Shown here piece by piece: positions 15,686 through 17,452 of a stretch of 17,452 nucleotides of DNA. The stretch lies in the NCBI GenBank assembly GCA_039028615.1, contig JBCCHT010000081.1:1-17452 (forward strand), in the 5' to 3' direction. Within the stretch, counting starts at the first letter, position 1; each line of letters opens with the position of its first letter. The notes under the pieces were generated by a model. The model saw nothing but the letters and a program-made list of their open reading frames with translations, searched no databases and was not told the origin of the DNA. This stretch comes from Myxococcota bacterium (GTDB lineage: Bacteria > Myxococcota_A > Polyangia > Nannocystales > Nannocystaceae). Position numbers and translations under genes: made by a program.

Positions 15686-16369
15686 ATGAAACTCCACACC
15701 CTGCCCCGCTCCCTTCGCTTCCACACCGCCATCGCCCTCGCCTCGCTGGCATTGCTCGGCTCCGCGTGCGACCCGACCGACGATGGTCTCGATCCCGCCG
15801 AGCTGCTCGAGGACGAGGACCTCGACGACGAGGCCCCGATCGAGACCTCCCTCGCCGCGCGCCCCGAAGCTCCGCCCGAGGATGCACGAGACGCAGGCAA
15901 AGCCAGCGCTCCCGGCTCGCTGACCACCACGTCGGGGCCCGTCGCCGCTCTCGGCTGGATCGAGGCCGTCTCCGAAGAGACCCCACCGGCCACCTGCGAC
16001 GGCAACGGAGCCGCGATCTGGGTCGACTGCATGGGCAGCAACTGCGACGACGTGCAGATGTTCTGCGGCTCCCACTCCGGCACTCCCGGCACCCGCTCGT
16101 GGACCACATGGTTCTCCGAGGAAGGCACCAGCTGGCGCATCTGCCCCGGCACCGAGTACGTCACGGGCATCGCCTGCAAGGGCTACTGGTGCGACGACGT
16201 GTCGATCGAGTGCACGGACCTGGGCCTCAGCGCGCAGTCCTGCTGGTGGTCGAGCTACTTCAAATCCAACGACCCGATCTTCCAGGCCCCCAGCGGGCAC
16301 CTGATCGCGGGCATGCAGTGCAAGGGCGCCTACTGCGACGAGATGCGCTACTTCACCTGCGAGGTCTAG
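15686..16369 (+). CDS. Secreted Cys-rich lipoprotein with three ~40-aa C-terminal repeats
   Basis: GAGGA Shine-Dalgarno, signal peptide ending LLGSA-C, acidic linker, then three W..FSEE...C......G..C.G..CD.....C-type repeats. Confidence 0.8.
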   Translation: MKLHTLPRSLRFHTAIALASLALLGSACDPTDDGLDPAELLEDEDLDDEAPIETSLAARPEAPPEDARDAGKASAPGSLTTTSGPVAALGWIEAVSEETPPATCDGNGAAIWVDCMGSNCDDVQMFCGSHSGTPGTRSWTTWFSEEGTSWRICPGTEYVTGIACKGYWCDDVSIECTDLGLSAQSCWWSSYFKSNDPIFQAPSGHLIAGMQCKGAYCDEMRYFTCEV

Positions 16370-16443
16370 GCCACGAGTGGATTTCACGACATGGCGACAC
16401 CCTCGGAGCTTCCACGGGGCGCCGCTCTCCCGGCCTCGGGCCG

Positions 16444-17094
16444 TCAGTCGATGTCCAGGCTGTAGGTGACCACCATGTCTGCGCCGTCGAATGCGGGGAA
16501 CTCCGTCTCCCAGATGGCCAGGCGCGAGCACTCGCGGACCCCGGTGTGATCGAGGCCGGGCGTGAGTTCGACCGTCACTCCCCGCACGTCGCCACTGGGC
16601 GCGACCTCGAAGAGCAGGTCGATGGACCCCGACTCGAGCGCACGGTCGTCGTAGCACGCCGACACGCTCACGCACTCCAGGACCTCCGTCGTCGCGCGAT
16701 CCAACAGCTGCATCAACGCCTCGTTGTGGATCGTCTCTTCGCCGGCGTCCATGTTGGTCAGCCGAGTGCGCTCCGCAGCCAGCCCCGGCACGTCCGCATC
16801 GTCGGCCGGCTCGAAGGGCGGGACCTCGCTCTCGTCGTAGGGGCACTCGCCGAAATGCGGCAGCTCGATCCACCGCGTGTCCTCGTCCTCCACGCGCTCG
16901 AGCATCATGTCCGAGCCCTCCTCTCGCTCGACCATCGCAATCGCGTGGCCGTGTGCCCGGTGGGACTCCGACTCGGATGCAGGCGCGGGCTCGGGCTCCT
17001 TCTTCGAGCCCGCGCACGCCGCAAGCGCGAACGACAGAGCGAGGAGAGTGGACGATCGCAGTACGGCCGGACGGGGGCGCGGGGGCTGGGCCAT
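16444..17094 (-). CDS. Lipoprotein with AgmX/PglI (TonB C-terminal-like) domain
   Basis: Lipobox LAA-C; C-terminal CY......GSIDLLFEVAPSGDV..V......V.EC......FP......VTY pattern. Confidence 0.7.
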   Translation of the reverse strand: MAQPPRPRPAVLRSSTLLALSFALAACAGSKKEPEPAPASESESHRAHGHAIAMVEREEGSDMMLERVEDEDTRWIELPHFGECPYDESEVPPFEPADDADVPGLAAERTRLTNMDAGEETIHNEALMQLLDRATTEVLECVSVSACYDDRALESGSIDLLFEVAPSGDVRGVTVELTPGLDHTGVRECSRLAIWETEFPAFDGADMVVTYSLDID

Positions 17095-17205
17095 GGGTGG
17101 TTAGTACCAAATGCTGCGGCGAGCCGACGTCTCGCGGCCACACGCCGTTTCACCGGGCCTCTGCGGGGGTTCACGTCGGCGAGTCTGCTGTACGATGGCT
17201 CGGCA

Positions 17206-17452
17206 GTGGCACGAGTGAAGAAAACGACCACCAAGAAGACGGCTGCCAAGAAGAAGACCGCCGCCAAGAAGAAGACCGCCGCCAAGAAGAAGACCGCCGC
17301 CAAGAAGAAGACCACCGCCAAGAAGAAGACCGCCGCCAAGAAGAAGACCGCCGCCAAGAAGAAGACCGCCGCCAAGAAGAAGACCGCCGCCAAGAAGAAG
17401 ACCGCCGCCAAGAAGAAGACCGCCGCCAAGAAGAAGACCGCCGCCAAGAAGA
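17206..17452 (+). CDS. 5' part of a Lys/Ala-rich histone H1-like repeat protein (truncated by the window end)
   Basis: GTG 17206 opens MARVKKTTTKKTAA(KKKTAA)n with no stop codon; TACGAT -10-like hexamer at 17191-17196. Confidence 0.75.
   Translation, partial: MARVKKTTTKKTAAKKKTAAKKKTAAKKKTAAKKKTTAKKKTAAKKKTAAKKKTAAKKKTAAKKKTAAKKKTAAKKKTAAKK
17248..17452 (+). repeat. 18-bp tandem repeat AAGAAGAAGACCGCCGCC, 11 full units plus a partial unit
   Basis: Units start every 18 nt from 17248. One variant unit (acc acc gcc) is at 17302, and a degenerate unit precedes the array at 17230. Confidence 0.97.

Noticed and set aside
15053..17143. 696-aa - strand ORF
   Set aside because: Arg/Gly-rich shadow frame overlapping three better-supported genes.
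16905..17447. (LAAVFF)n hydrophobic ORF on the minus strand
   Set aside because: Antisense reading of the KKKTAA repeat.
17248..17452. Possible CRISPR array
   Set aside because: Contiguous 18-bp units with no spacers, in a coding frame, and no cas genes.

Overview
High-GC 17.5 kb window, probably a whole contig, since it starts in a fold-back inverted repeat and ends inside an 18-bp tandem repeat. Positions ~167-13767 hold an actinomycete-style tailoring and deoxy(amino)sugar cassette of a natural-product cluster. It encodes a TylF/NovP O-methyltransferase, two paralogous NDP-hexose 2,3-dehydratases, an AlkZ/HTH_42-type DNA glycosylase, a GT1 glycosyltransferase, two tandem internally duplicated unknown proteins (DUF6039-like), a cytochrome P450, an NDP-sugar C-methyltransferase, a Gfo/Idh/MocA 3-ketoreductase, an RmlC-type epimerase and a DegT-family aminotransferase. 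No aglycone core gene or regulator is in the window. Seven copies of a palindrome (YGCTCA-N4-TGAGCR) each lie 21-22 nt upstream of a -10-like hexamer and define an apparent cluster regulon. The AlkZ-like gene instead has its own sigma70-like leaderless promoter. The right flank (13789-17452) looks myxobacterial: a PhyH-like/transglutaminase-like fusion, a Cys-rich lipoprotein, an AgmX/PglI-type lipoprotein and a KKKTAA-repeat protein. All family calls come from motif recognition by eye, not from database searches.
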